This document shows positions 9,352-19,486 of a DNA stretch of 24,278 nt, one piece after another. The notes below the pieces were generated by a model. It was not told the DNA's origin and did not search any database. It was given only the letters and a program-made list of their open reading frames with translations. Within the stretch, counting starts at the first letter, position 1; the number at the start of each line of letters is the position of its first letter. This DNA comes from Lama guanicoe (lineage: Eukaryota): contig MU054212.1 in assembly GCA_013239625.1 (NCBI GenBank), positions 8,889,084 through 8,913,361 on the forward strand, in the 5' to 3' direction. Both the position numbers and the translations under genes were made by a program.

Positions 9352-9516
9352 ATGGCCACGCTGGCTTGCCGGGTGCAGTTCTTGGACGACACGGACCCTT
9401 TCAACAGCACCAACTTCCCCGAGCCCAGCCGGCCGCCGCTGTTCACGTTCCGCGAGGACCTCGCGCTCGGCACCCAGCTGGCCGGGGTCCACCGGCTGCT
9501 GCGGGCGCCTCACAAG
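9352..9516 (+). CDS. FHOD3: FHOD3 first coding exon (codons 1-55, N-terminal GBD region of the formin); CDS continues beyond the window after intron 1
   Basis: Translation MATLACRVQFLDDTDPFNSTNFPEPSRPPLFTFREDLALGTQLAGVHRLLRAPHK matches the mammalian FHOD3 N-terminus as I recall it. Strong Kozak context ATCATGG, upstream in-frame stop TGA at 9283-9285, and 165 nt ending at the donor AAG|GTACGG. Confidence 0.97.
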
Positions 9517-10255
9517 GTACGGCCCAGCGGGGGCGGGCTGGGCCCCCTGGACGCAGCCCCTGCTGCGGGGCGCGCCGGGGTAGGGGCGCCGCGGACAAGC
9601 GGGGCTGGGCGCGGCCAGGGGACAAGCGCCCAAGGGCAGACCTCCCCTCTTCCCGTTAGGCAGAGGGGTTGAGGCACCCGCCGGCTGAGGTGGGAGTCTC
9701 CAGGTCTGCGAGGAGGACAGTCCCGCGTTCCGGCCCAGAGAGAGGGCGGGCGGGGCCGAACAGGTGCCGCGCCGGCCGGAGGCGGGATGGAGAAGGTTCC
9801 CCGCGCGGCGCCGTTAGCTCTGCGGGGTGGGCGGGGTGGGGCTCGAACGCCGGCAGTCGGTCCCCGCACCCGGACCGGCGCGCGGAAAGAACCCGGGCCA
9901 GGGGGGCTCAGGTCCCTTGGAGGAGAGCCCTCATTGACGCCCGGGACAAAACCTCTTAGGCCTCGGGGGCCGCTGGGGGCGGCCGCGCCACCCTTGCGAC
10001 AAAGCACGCTTCCCGGGGACACCTCTCCCTCCTCCTCAGGGGGCACCGCGGGGGACGCCGCCCGCGCGCTGCGATAGAGCTCGGGAGCAGCCCCTTTTCT
10101 TAGAAGAAGCAGGTGGCCTTGGGAACCTTGGAGGAGCAGTCGCTGTGGGAGGAGGGGCGGGGGCGCGGAGGGGCGGCGCGCGCACAAAGCCTGAGCCTCG
10201 AAGCCCGAAATGTGTGTCCCCTGGGAAGAATGGCTTCTCAGTCCACCCGATAGAG

Positions 10256-10296
10256 TTTTTTCTTTCTTCTTCTTCTTCTTCTTTTTTTTTTTTTTT
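10256..10296 (+). repeat. (TTC)n plus poly-T simple repeat at the 3' edge of the CpG island
   Basis: tttttt ctttcttcttcttcttcttc followed by a T run, read directly. Confidence 0.9.
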
Positions 10297-11519
10297 AACC
10301 CTTTGCAGGACAGGCGTCTTGCAAAGAGTGTGTACCAAAGGGCTGGGCATTGAAAGCTAACCCTTTAGTTACCCAGGAGAACACTTCCTCTCTCTTAAAG
10401 TGACTGCACCTTGAGGAATTCCTTCCCTGGTACAGCTTTTTGCTTAGCAAAGCTTGTAGATTTATTCTTTGAGGATCAACATTGATAAATATTTGGAAGA
10501 GATAACCCTTGATGCCCAAAAGAACACAATTGATTTAAAAAAATTCTTTAGATTTCTGTATGATGTTAACCTGCCTTGGAAGTAGAGAGGGAGTTTGATG
10601 TGGAAACCGGTGAACTTTGGCAGTGGTGTCTATTAGTAGTAGGTGCTTCCCCCCACCCCGCTACTTAATGAGTAACCCGTTTTCAGGAATGAGGAATGAG
10701 GCAGTTCTGTCTCCTGCTCTTTGTGTTGGTGCAGGATGGAGACAGTCACTGCTCCTGGGAACCTCTCTGGCCATAAAAGTAGGTTGGATTGGGAGGTGGG
10801 GGGAACAGAATGATGTATTGTGGATTCAGCTTATCATGATCATTTTTGTGAGTTATTTGGTTCTTCTCAGTTAGTGGATTCAGTTAAAAGTTTTCGAAGG
10901 GCTTCTTCAGCATCATGGTTATTTCATTCATTATGGTCTCTGATTACAGTGATCTTTTGTTGAAACCACAGAAGACCCATAATTGTGGCCCTGTGACCTT
11001 GAAGTGGTTTCCTTGGATTTCAAACCCTATATACGCGGGCTGAACTTTCAAACTGGAAGCTGAAGTACATTTTTATGTTTCCGTGGAATAGCCCCATAGG
11101 CTTGATCCAGTGTTCCTAGTCTGGTAGGCAGTCCTGACGCTCCAGCATTGCACTCCCCCCTCCCCCGCCCCCGCCAAAGCCGCAACACAGCAGTTGCACT
11201 GGTTCACAGAACTTTCTGAGATGGCCCTTGTGTAAGAAACAGAACCAAAAGATGTCCCACAGAGACCGTTGATCCCTTGTCTTGGGGGCCAGCCAGCCTC
11301 AGTCTCAGAGTCTTTTGCCTGAAGACCCCTACAGTATAATTAGACGTTTGACATTATTTTTCACGTCTTGAGCTGACTGAGTGGCTGATTCCATGAACCA
11401 GCGTTCTATAAAGCAAAATTCAGGGATTCATGTGCCTAGGCGCTCATTTAGATTTTAAAAATGCTGGTTAATTTCCAGCAGGGAATCTGCTAGATTGGAT
11501 GATCCATCTGTGATAGAAA

Positions 11520-11750
11520 GAGCTAATGAGTTTTGAGCACTTGGTATGTAGGTGTGTGCTCTCCCAGGGGTGTCAGTGCAGGCTCTCACTTAATGTAACT
11601 TAAAACAGCTCTGCAAAGTGCAGACTTTTACTATCCCTATTTTACAGATGAGGAAACTGAGGCAGACAGCGATTACATAACTTAGTTTCTCTGCTAGTCG
11701 TAGGGAGCCGAGATTCAAACCAGGTCTCTGTGACTCGAGCCTCCATTGCT
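11520..11750 (-). mobile_element. MIR SINE
   Basis: Core ccctattttacagatgaggaaactgaggca...gagccgagattcaaaccaggtct. Confidence 0.9.
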
Positions 11751-11844
11751 GTTCTGCTCCCTGGTCCAGCTGTGTGGCTGTGGGCAGAAGCCGCACCTCC
11801 TCTGGCTTCCGTTCCATTAACTGGGGGAGCTCACCAAATCACTT

Positions 11845-11960
11845 TCCTATGCCAGGTACTTTTTGGCCTGGGGCAGGTGAATGTTAACAGCATGAGTAAG
11901 AGCCTTGAAACAGAATTCCTGGCCTGGTAGAGTTCACAGTCAGAGGCGGAAACAAATAGT
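11845..11960 (-). mobile_element. Decayed L2 3' fragment
   Basis: ctatgccaggtact...cctggcctggtagagttcacagtcagagg. Confidence 0.4.
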
Positions 11961-13392
11961 TACCAACCCTGCTGTGACTTAGCTAACAGTGAGGGGGTGG
12001 GCATGCTGCTACCCCAGGCCACTGTTGTGGGTATGGCTTCCAGGTCATATGCGGCCCGGCCTGGCAGAGGAGGAGTTCCTGAGGCAGGGGGCATCCTGGG
12101 TGGTGGAAAGAGGGAAGAAGCATGACTGTGATGCAGGCTGACAGTCTCAGCCGTCCTTGCTTGAATTAGATAGAACACAGAGAAAAGCGTGCAGAGCCTA
12201 AGTGAGTAGCTGGATGAACTTTCTCTAAGTGGACGCACCTGTGTAACCAGCGCGGGGACGGCCCCTGCAGAGGGTCCTAATTTGTAAAGCTCCCCTAGGG
12301 GGTCTCCTGTACCGGGAAACTTTGAACTGGTTAACCTCTCAGGCCCTTCCCAGCCCAAACTTGAGTCCATGCATCTTTTCTTACTTAGCCTAATGATACA
12401 TGTGTTAGTTTATCTCATGTCTGCTGATTCCGTCAGAAGTAAGGTGTTCATTGAAACCATTGTCTTGGACAAAAACAACGTATTGTGCTTATAATGCTTT
12501 ACCTTTTTTTTTTTCAAACTGCGAGACTGAAAAAGAAAAACACAACTTTTATAGGAACCCCAAGAGGATGATTAAATACATGATTAGACTGATAACAAAA
12601 AGGCCAAAACAAGTGTGTATTCTCACTGTGGAGACGTTCATTTTGGTGTTTATATGGTGTTTTCCTGGACTCAGTGAGGCTTTTTGTTTTCAAGTGCTAC
12701 GTAAACAGGTGTTCTTTTCTGGTTTAGTATTTTCAGAAGAAAAATAATCGTAATTATAGGACTTGTACTTTAGAAAAAGCTGCAGTAGAATTAATAGAAC
12801 CATAGACCTTTCAAAGCTTAAATGTATTTGGATTGATGGATGCTAAAAGTTAAGGAGGTAAGGATTCTTATTTTTTTTTTATAGACAACACTGGAATTGT
12901 AGAATCTTTTTACAAAAAAAGTGGTAAGGAGCTTGCGTGTCAAAATGGCAATTATGACCTAGTAATTTAATTCAGGAAATGTTTCCGTGGTTGCTGCAGA
13001 CTAGAGAGTGGAGGAATACTAGCTACCAGGTCCTAGCCACTTGCCTGGGCCAAGCACCGTCCTGGACACACGTTCTCTCGTGGGTCAGGCACTTGTACCC
13101 CTGAGTCTCACAGCAGAAGAGGCCCGGAGCAGAAAACAGCCAGCTGGCCATGTGAATGGGAAGTTCCAGAGTTGGCATTTGGCCCCTGTCTGAGCTCTTC
13201 ACAACTCTGCTTTTGTGTCTTGAGTGTCCTCCTTCCAGGCAGCCCACCCGCGTTCCAGAGTTCCATCCTCTCACTGGCTTGGCCTTGACTGTGCCCTGTT
13301 CATTCCTCTCCCATTAGCCCTATCTGTGTGGTTGCCTTGCTGCCTCGGCCATCACCCCTGTGAAGCAGCCGATTGTCACGAGGGTTAGAACC

Positions 13393-13536
13393 TTGGTCTT
13401 CCAAGCGTGGGCAGGGCATCACCTGGACTTTCATTAGAAATGTGCTCTCAGGCCTCCCCAGACCTGCTGAATCAGAATGTGCATTGTCTCAGGATGCCTT
13501 GGTGATTCCTGTGCGTGCTGCAGTCTGAGCAGCGTG
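13393..13536. mobile_element. MER5-like hAT-Charlie DNA transposon
   Basis: gcatcacctgg...ttagaaatg...ctcaggcctccccagacctgctgaatcagaatgtgcatt...ggtgattc. Confidence 0.8.
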
Positions 13537-13942
13537 GATTCGAGGTCCTTTAGGTCAGACTCCGAGTACGGGCCTCGGGGGCTTCTCACTGTCTCCTTTG
13601 TTCACAGATAACTTCCTTGAGGGTGAAGACCTGGCTGCCCAGTTCTCCAGGGTTCTCCTGGAAGCTGAGTAGTGCTAAGACGGAGTGCACGAAGTTGATT
13701 GATGGGCGTTAGTTTTAGAACACAAATCCACTGGTATTATTACTCTAATGAATTTCCACCTTAATCCTCTTAGGGGACACATCTGTTTGCTACATTACAT
13801 TAAGATTTTTTAAAGATGAGATCATTAGTAAAGTTGGCAAGTGTGTTGTGTCACACAGCCTCTTAGGACAAAACTGTTCAAGAATGTTGTATGAACAGCT
13901 AAGAGCATCTCCATGCAGGCTGAGTTGAATCTGACTCTACCG

Positions 13943-14120
13943 TAATTAGCTCAGTTGGTTGGAGCCGCGCTATTGAGATCAGGATCATGGGATTGAACCC
14001 TTTATGGGTCAGTTGGCTTTGCTTCATGCATGGCCACAGACTGCATGGGTAACCCAGCCAGACGTCCAGCAGGTGTTGTCACGGCTCCCTGCAAGGGTCT
14101 GGGTTGGGACGGCCTGGTAA
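13943..14120 (+). mobile_element. Ancient tRNA-derived SINE (MamSINE1-like)
   Basis: A-box TAGCTCAGTTGG at 13947-13958 and degenerate B-box GGATTGAACCC at 13990-14000, followed by tgggtcagttggctttgct...tggccacagactgca...taacccagccag, as in the recalled MamSINE1 body. Confidence 0.75.
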
Positions 14121-14139
14121 AAATCTTTGAGGGCAAAGG

Positions 14140-14356
14140 GCTAACATATAATGAGCTTGCGCTGGGCACTGTATTAGGGCCTTGGGGGGATAACTTTATT
14201 TACCCTCATAACAATTCCAGCAGACAGTGGTATCCCCAGTTAATAGATGAGGAGACTGAGGCACAGAGAGGTTAGGCAGGTTATCTAAGGTCACACTGCT
14301 TTTAAGTGAAGGAGCTAGGATTTAAGGTCAGATCTTTTTTTACTCCAAAGCCTGTA
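14140..14356 (-). mobile_element. MIR SINE
   Basis: atagatgaggagactgaggcacagagaggttagg...tctaaggtcacac...ggagctaggattt...actccaaagcc. Confidence 0.9.
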
Positions 14357-14974
14357 GCCAACTGTGTCCCATTATTAGAAAACCAACATAGCACGTGCTT
14401 TCTGTGCCGGGGGAGGGGCTGACTGCATGGCCGTTACACGCGGCTGCCTGTCACAGGCTGTGACTTAAACGGCTGTGCCTCTTGTCCTCAGAGGCCAACC
14501 TGCGTCCCTTTGGAAAACAGCAGGACCGCCTTTGCCCTCCTTCTCTGGACTCTGAGGGCAACTTGGGAGCACCCCTCCCCCAGCCTCCTCCCCCCCTCTG
14601 TGGTTTACTTCTCTCTAAAGGTGAAACTTCTGAACACTTGGACACCTTTCTGTCCTCAGAGGGAAGACAGTCACCACTGCTGGCAACGTCCACACTGTGT
14701 CACCTGCAGGTGATGCCCTGTTGCCTGTGGCCAGCTCAGGAATAGCCCTGATTTAAACCTGGCTTTCTAATCAACATAGCTGGTTCCACATCTGTGGGGC
14801 ATTTCCAGTCTTGGGTTTGTCAGCATCTGCTCCTTTACAGAGACAATCAGGCTGCTTTTGGTTTTGTTTTGTTGTTTGAGTTATTGGGATGTGTTTGTGT
14901 GCCTTGTTCTGAACCAAGTGAGAAAGAAAGGGGGAAGTTAGGTTACAGTGAATGTTAAGCCTCACCACAGAGAT

Positions 14975-15530
14975 GTGTGATCAGCAAAATCCAGATTGTG
15001 GGAAATTATAGTTCCTCCCACAAATAAATTGCAAAGGAAAAAAAAAAGGTGGAAGGAAACATAAGGTTAAAAGAGATTTAAGAAATATATCAAGTAAGGG
15101 CAATGGGTTGCTCTAGCTGAATACTGATGCAAACACATTGTAAATAAATATTTGAGATCATTGGGCAAACTTGAATAGGGACTTTTGCAAAATTATTAAA
15201 GTTAAATTAAGAAAAAATAAAACAATGAAATTAGTAAAGATATTTAACAGTAAGATTATTCAAGTATAGTAGTATTATGGTTATGCTTAAAGAAAAGTTT
15301 GTATCTTTCAGAGATTCACACTGAGATTTTCACAGATGAAAATATACACTGTTTGGAATTTGTTTCAAAATAATCTTGGATGAGGGGCAAGTAGGTGGTG
15401 AGTGTGTAGATGGAACAAGACAGACCATGAGTTAAAACTGGATTTATGGATATATGGGGAGTCTTTATACTATTTTCTATACTTCTGCCTATGTTGAACT
15501 TTTTTTTTTTTAATGAAGGAGCTAAAAAAA
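14975..15530 (+). mobile_element. Old L1 3' end (L1MC-like)
   Basis: cagcaaaatccagattgtgggaaa...aaaagagatttaaga...tatctttcagagattcacactga...ttcaaaataatc...agatggaacaaga...tatactattttctatactt. Confidence 0.8.
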
Positions 15531-16012
15531 TTAGGTTATGAGTTCTAATGTTCCCTTTGGGACCAGAGTCCTTTCATAAGTGTGACTGGTGTCGTGAGTG
15601 TGTTCACTAAGGCTGAGATGGCCAGTCATTAGCAAATTTTTTGTAGCGCCTCCAATGATACTTTCCTTCCCACCCGGCATACCTGCTCTCCAAGGATCTT
15701 TGAGAAACAAACATAGGACATCAGTCTTTTAACGTTCAGCCTGTCTTTCTAGGCTCAGTCATTTCCGATGACGAAGTCGGCAATCTGTTACAGAAACTGT
15801 CAGTTTAGTAAAGAAGTGTTAGGGTAGAGATATTATACATGGAACTTCAGTAGATGCACCTAAATCTTTGTCATTAAACTGAGACAGTGCTAAGGCTGTC
15901 ATGAATGATATCAATACAAAAGTACTTGGTTTCCTAATGGCTCTTGGAGGCTACATGGCCAACACCAGGGTCTTGCCCCATTCCCAGTGAGCCAGCTCTG
16001 CCTGCATCTTCA

Positions 16013-16249
16013 TTACACCTCAAGAGAGCATTTTGGAATGCAGTAAGCGCAGTGACGTTGTAATGCATATGAACATGTAAGATTGTATGCTTTGGCACTC
16101 TTAGCATTACGGGGAACTTCTGATTTCTATGGGCAGATTAACCTATTTGTGGATTAGCTACTGGGGAGGGGGAAGATAGCTCATTAAAAAAAATTGTTAC
16201 CGCATATCAGCAAAATTATCTACATACCCAGAAGTTTATCTATTTTTAG
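16013..16249. promoter_or_regulatory. Candidate cardiac/muscle enhancer (T-box, TEAD, 3x GATA, MEF2 motifs)
   Basis: AGGTGTAA(-) 16013-16020, CATTCCA(-) 16034-16040, AGATAG 16174-16179, AGATAA(-) 16216-16221 and 16236-16241, CTAAAAATAG(-) 16240-16249, in sequence with no recognisable repeat. Confidence 0.45.
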
Positions 16250-17483
16250 ACCCATGTAGTGATGAACAGAATCTGCATTGTATCTCTTTGCAACTGGAAA
16301 CTTACCTTTTCTTCCTTATTTACTGTGGAACCTAGAAATCAAAATGTTGGACTCTAAGGGAAAATGTTTAGAACTTAGTGTTAGAAAAACAAAATCTCAA
16401 AATCGTTGAAGATGTTGAAAAAAAGGGAACATGTTGCAGAACTTGCAATTCAATGTACTCCCAGGTTTGGCCAGAAGGACACAGGAAAATTAGTTTGTGG
16501 GTCACCTCATCAAATCTTTTTAGCATTCTTGGAAAGAGGAAAACCCAGAAGACTTTTTTTGTTCTTGATAAGGCTACTGGAACTCGGCAGGCACTGGTAT
16601 CACAGCAGGGAGTGAAATGCCAGGGTCTTAGCCAGAGCGCCCAGGACAAGCCAAAGTTCTCAGAATAGAAGGTAACTGATGCATCCTCTGACTGGTTCAT
16701 CAGATCCCAAGAGTGGCTTGGGGTTCACAGCAGATGCGCTGATGAGCAAACACTCCTGAGTGGCCAGGCACCGACGGGCGCGCTCAGCACAGATTGGAGA
16801 CGGAGCCGTGGGTCCTCAGTGGGGACAGCAGGCAAGAGGCTCGATCTGGCTCAACACACAGCCCTGCAGCCATTCACCGGGCTGCCCAACACTGGCCACA
16901 GTATTGACTAAAAATGTTTATACCAGTGACATTTTATACCCCTTTAGTGCAAGTTCTATTTTGTCTGTGATTTGAGGTCACCAGTTCCAGCCTGCCCCTC
17001 GTTATGATGATTAAGCCAGAGTTGATGGTGACATTCCTCACAACTCACGAAAGCATGAGTGTGTAGTCATACTGGGGTTGCGACAATGGATTTAAAGGAT
17101 GCTTCCTCCCCACTCCTACCTGTAGTTTTGTTAAATGAAAGCAAAATTTAATATTAAGTGTGCTACACCCTGGAAACCTAGCTTTCAACACTTATGACCA
17201 TTGTGAAGGGACTTCTGTCTGGTCCTCTGATTTCATCACGCAGGCTGCACGCAGCTGGAGAGGTGCCGGGGCCGGATCCCCTGGGAAGCAGCTGACCAAG
17301 GACTGGAGGCTGGGATGCCAAGTTGCAGGGAATGTGAGGGGCTCAGAGCGCAATCCCCAGTGCCTCCCCGACTTCACATTGTGTCCATAGCCTCGAGGGG
17401 GTGTTTCTGTTTCTGGGTTCCCTGCTCCCTTTTCTAGCAGTGTGTTCATGTGCTAAGATTCACTGTAGTTTACAGCAAGTCCC

Positions 17484-18060
17484 TTTTTTTTTTTTAAAAT
17501 TGAAGTTTAGTTAGTTTACAACGTTGTGTTAGTCTCTGATGTACAGCATGGTGATTCAGTTATACATACACCTACATGTATATATATATATATATTTATT
17601 CTTTTTCATATTCCTTTTCATTATAGGCTATTACAAGATACTGAATATCATTCCCTGTGCTCTACAGTAGGACCTTGTTGTTTATCTATTTTATATGTAG
17701 TAGCTAGCATCTCAAATCCAGAACTCTGATTTTATCTCTCCTACTCCTTTCCCCTCTTTGGTAGCCGTAAGTTTGTTTTCTATGTCTGTGAGTCCATTTC
17801 TGTTTTGTAAATAAGTTTATTTGTGTCATTTCTTTAGATTCCACATATCAGTGATATCATATGGTATTTGTTTTTGTCTGACTCACCTCCCTTAGTATTA
17901 TAATCTCTAGGTCCATTCATGTTGCTCTAAGTGGCATTATTTCATCCATTTTTATGGCTGAGTAGTATTCCATTGTATAAATGTACCACAACTTCCTTAT
18001 CCAGTCATCTGTTGATGGAGATTAAGGTTGCTTCCATGTCTTGGCTATTGTCAGTAGTGC
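17484..18060 (-). mobile_element. 5'-truncated L1 3' end (same family as 1339-2104) with target-site duplication
   Basis: Poly-T at 17484-17495 and the same 3' UTR motifs as the upstream L1. TSD AGTTTACAGCAAGTC (17467-17481) / AGTTTACAGCGAGTC (18061-18075), 14/15 identical. Confidence 0.93.
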
Positions 18061-18214
18061 AGTTTACAGCGAGTCTTGATGGAATCGGGTGGAGGTTCCC
18101 TCCTTGCCTTGGAACATGGGCATTAATAGGAAAAAAGAAAAAAGTTAGAGAGGACTGGGTGGGGTTCACTCAGTGAAGGAACAGCCTAGGAACCGGGCCT
18201 GTGTGATTGGCTAA

Positions 18215-18434
18215 AAAGATCACGTCACTCCTCTGCTCCAAACCTCCCTCTGGCCCCCTGCCATTCAGGGCAGCTGCAAAGTCCTCAGGTGGCTAGCCCA
18301 CTGCTCCATGAGGGCAGGGTGGGTTGCTTGGTTGGTTTGATGGTCTGTTTGGTTTACTGACGTAACCCTGAAGCCTAGAACAGTGTCTGGCACATAGTGT
18401 GCGTAAAGTAAATAGTTGTTGAATGAATGAGTGA
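18215..18434 (+). mobile_element. L2 3' end (internally deleted)
   Basis: gatcacgtcactcctctgctccaaacc...gcctagaacagtgtctggcacatagt...gttgaatgaatga. Confidence 0.85.
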
Positions 18435-18764
18435 TCACGCAGTTTCGAGGTGGAGGGAAGTAAGAGGGGTCTCCTCACCCAAGCTGTCTCCAGGCAGAAG
18501 CCCCTTCTGCAAAGCCTCTGGTCAAACATGTTCGAGCCTCTTCTTCAGGTGTGGTAATGAGCAGTTGCCTCCCTCCCTTTGAGGGTGGCCTTTTCCCCAT
18601 TTTTGAACTTTATTTGTCCCTGATCTTCCTGGAAAGGTGGTTCCTCATACCCCCACAAATGGGGATGGAGGTGGGTCTGGACAGTTCATTGGTTGACTGT
18701 GCCCAAGATGGAAATAGGATGAGTAAGCCAGAAGAACCATGAACCTGGGGCTTGGTAAGTGAAG

Positions 18765-18784
18765 TGACCTATGACCTGTGACCT
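18765..18784 (-). promoter_or_regulatory. Triple direct repeat of AGGTCA spaced by 1 nt (DR1-DR1 nuclear-receptor element)
   Basis: TGACCT a TGACCT g TGACCT read directly; function is inferred. Confidence 0.45.
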
Positions 18785-19139
18785 GCAGGTAGTGCCAAGA
18801 GACAGTGGCAGGAAGTTTGTATCAAACCAGTGACTTTTCCCAGTGGTAGCAGAAGTCAAAAGGTGCTTTCTTTTCACGTTTGAGGTGAGTCATGTGGATT
18901 GTTTTTATTACTCAAATCGTGTATATTGGTATGTAAATGTCTGGTACCCTCAGGCATCTTCACACTTGCAGTTCTGTTTAACTGTGGACTTAAACTGTGT
19001 GTGAAGTCAGGGAGATGCTACTGGGGAGGGGTTATGACTAACAAAGTCAGATTCAGTGAGAGAAAGGCCAGGAGGCAAGGAGTCTACCCTTAAGCAACAA
19101 ACAGAGCATTGGTTCCCATCACAGCATGAGCACGTGTGC

Positions 19140-19360
19140 CAATCTGGAGACTACAGAAAAGCACACTGAAGAAATAGAAATCAGTTTTCTTACCACCCAG
19201 AGGGAGCTGCTCTTAACACTTTTGTGTCTTACCAGAATTTTAATATCTATGCGCATTAAAATATAACATTATATCTGAATACTTTCCCAAGTCATTCAGT
19301 ATTCTTGGAGCATGTCATTTTTAATGACAGCAGGGTAAGCCAGTCTGTGCATGTCCCATG
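19140..19360 (-). mobile_element. Decayed old L1 (L1ME-like) 3' fragment
   Basis: acagaaaagcac...gaagaaa...taccacccagag...ttaacactttt...catttttaatgacagc. Confidence 0.45.
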
Positions 19361-19389
19361 TCCCGTGGCCCATGTAAGCATTGCTCCCA

Positions 19390-19486
19390 TGCTCTGTGAG
19401 GGAAAGGGCTCTGTCTTCTTCAGTGCTTTCTGTCCTGTGCTTGATACTTAATACATCTTCATTAAATGAATGAGTGAATGAGTGAA
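19390..19486 (+). mobile_element. L2 3' terminus
   Basis: gctctgtgagggaaagggctctgtctt...aaatgaatgagtgaatgagtgaa tail. Confidence 0.65.

Larger units (their letters stand above)
8330..10210. promoter_or_regulatory. FHOD3: CpG island / FHOD3 promoter, 5' UTR and start of intron 1
   Basis: Abrupt rise in GC and CpG density around exon 1. GC box CCCCGCCCCC at ~8916-8925, palindromic E-box GCACGTGC at 8987-8994, CRE-like GACGTCA at 9011-9017, no obvious TATA box. The exact TSS cannot be determined from sequence. Confidence 0.9.

Noticed and set aside
9517..9672. Extension of the FHOD3 ORF to 106 aa
   Set aside because: Read-through past the GT donor into intron 1; low-complexity sequence unrelated to FHOD3.
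8645..10360. Many long overlapping ORFs on both strands (up to 273 aa)
   Set aside because: Pro/Gly/Ala/Arg-rich products expected from stop-poor CpG-island DNA; only 9352-9516 matches a known protein.
13943..14015. Possible tRNA gene
   Set aside because: B-box is degenerate, no convincing cloverleaf, and it continues into a SINE body.
16778..16830. REST/NRSE-like motif (ctcagcac...ggacag) in a small CpG-rich patch
   Set aside because: Half-sites are imperfect and wrongly spaced.
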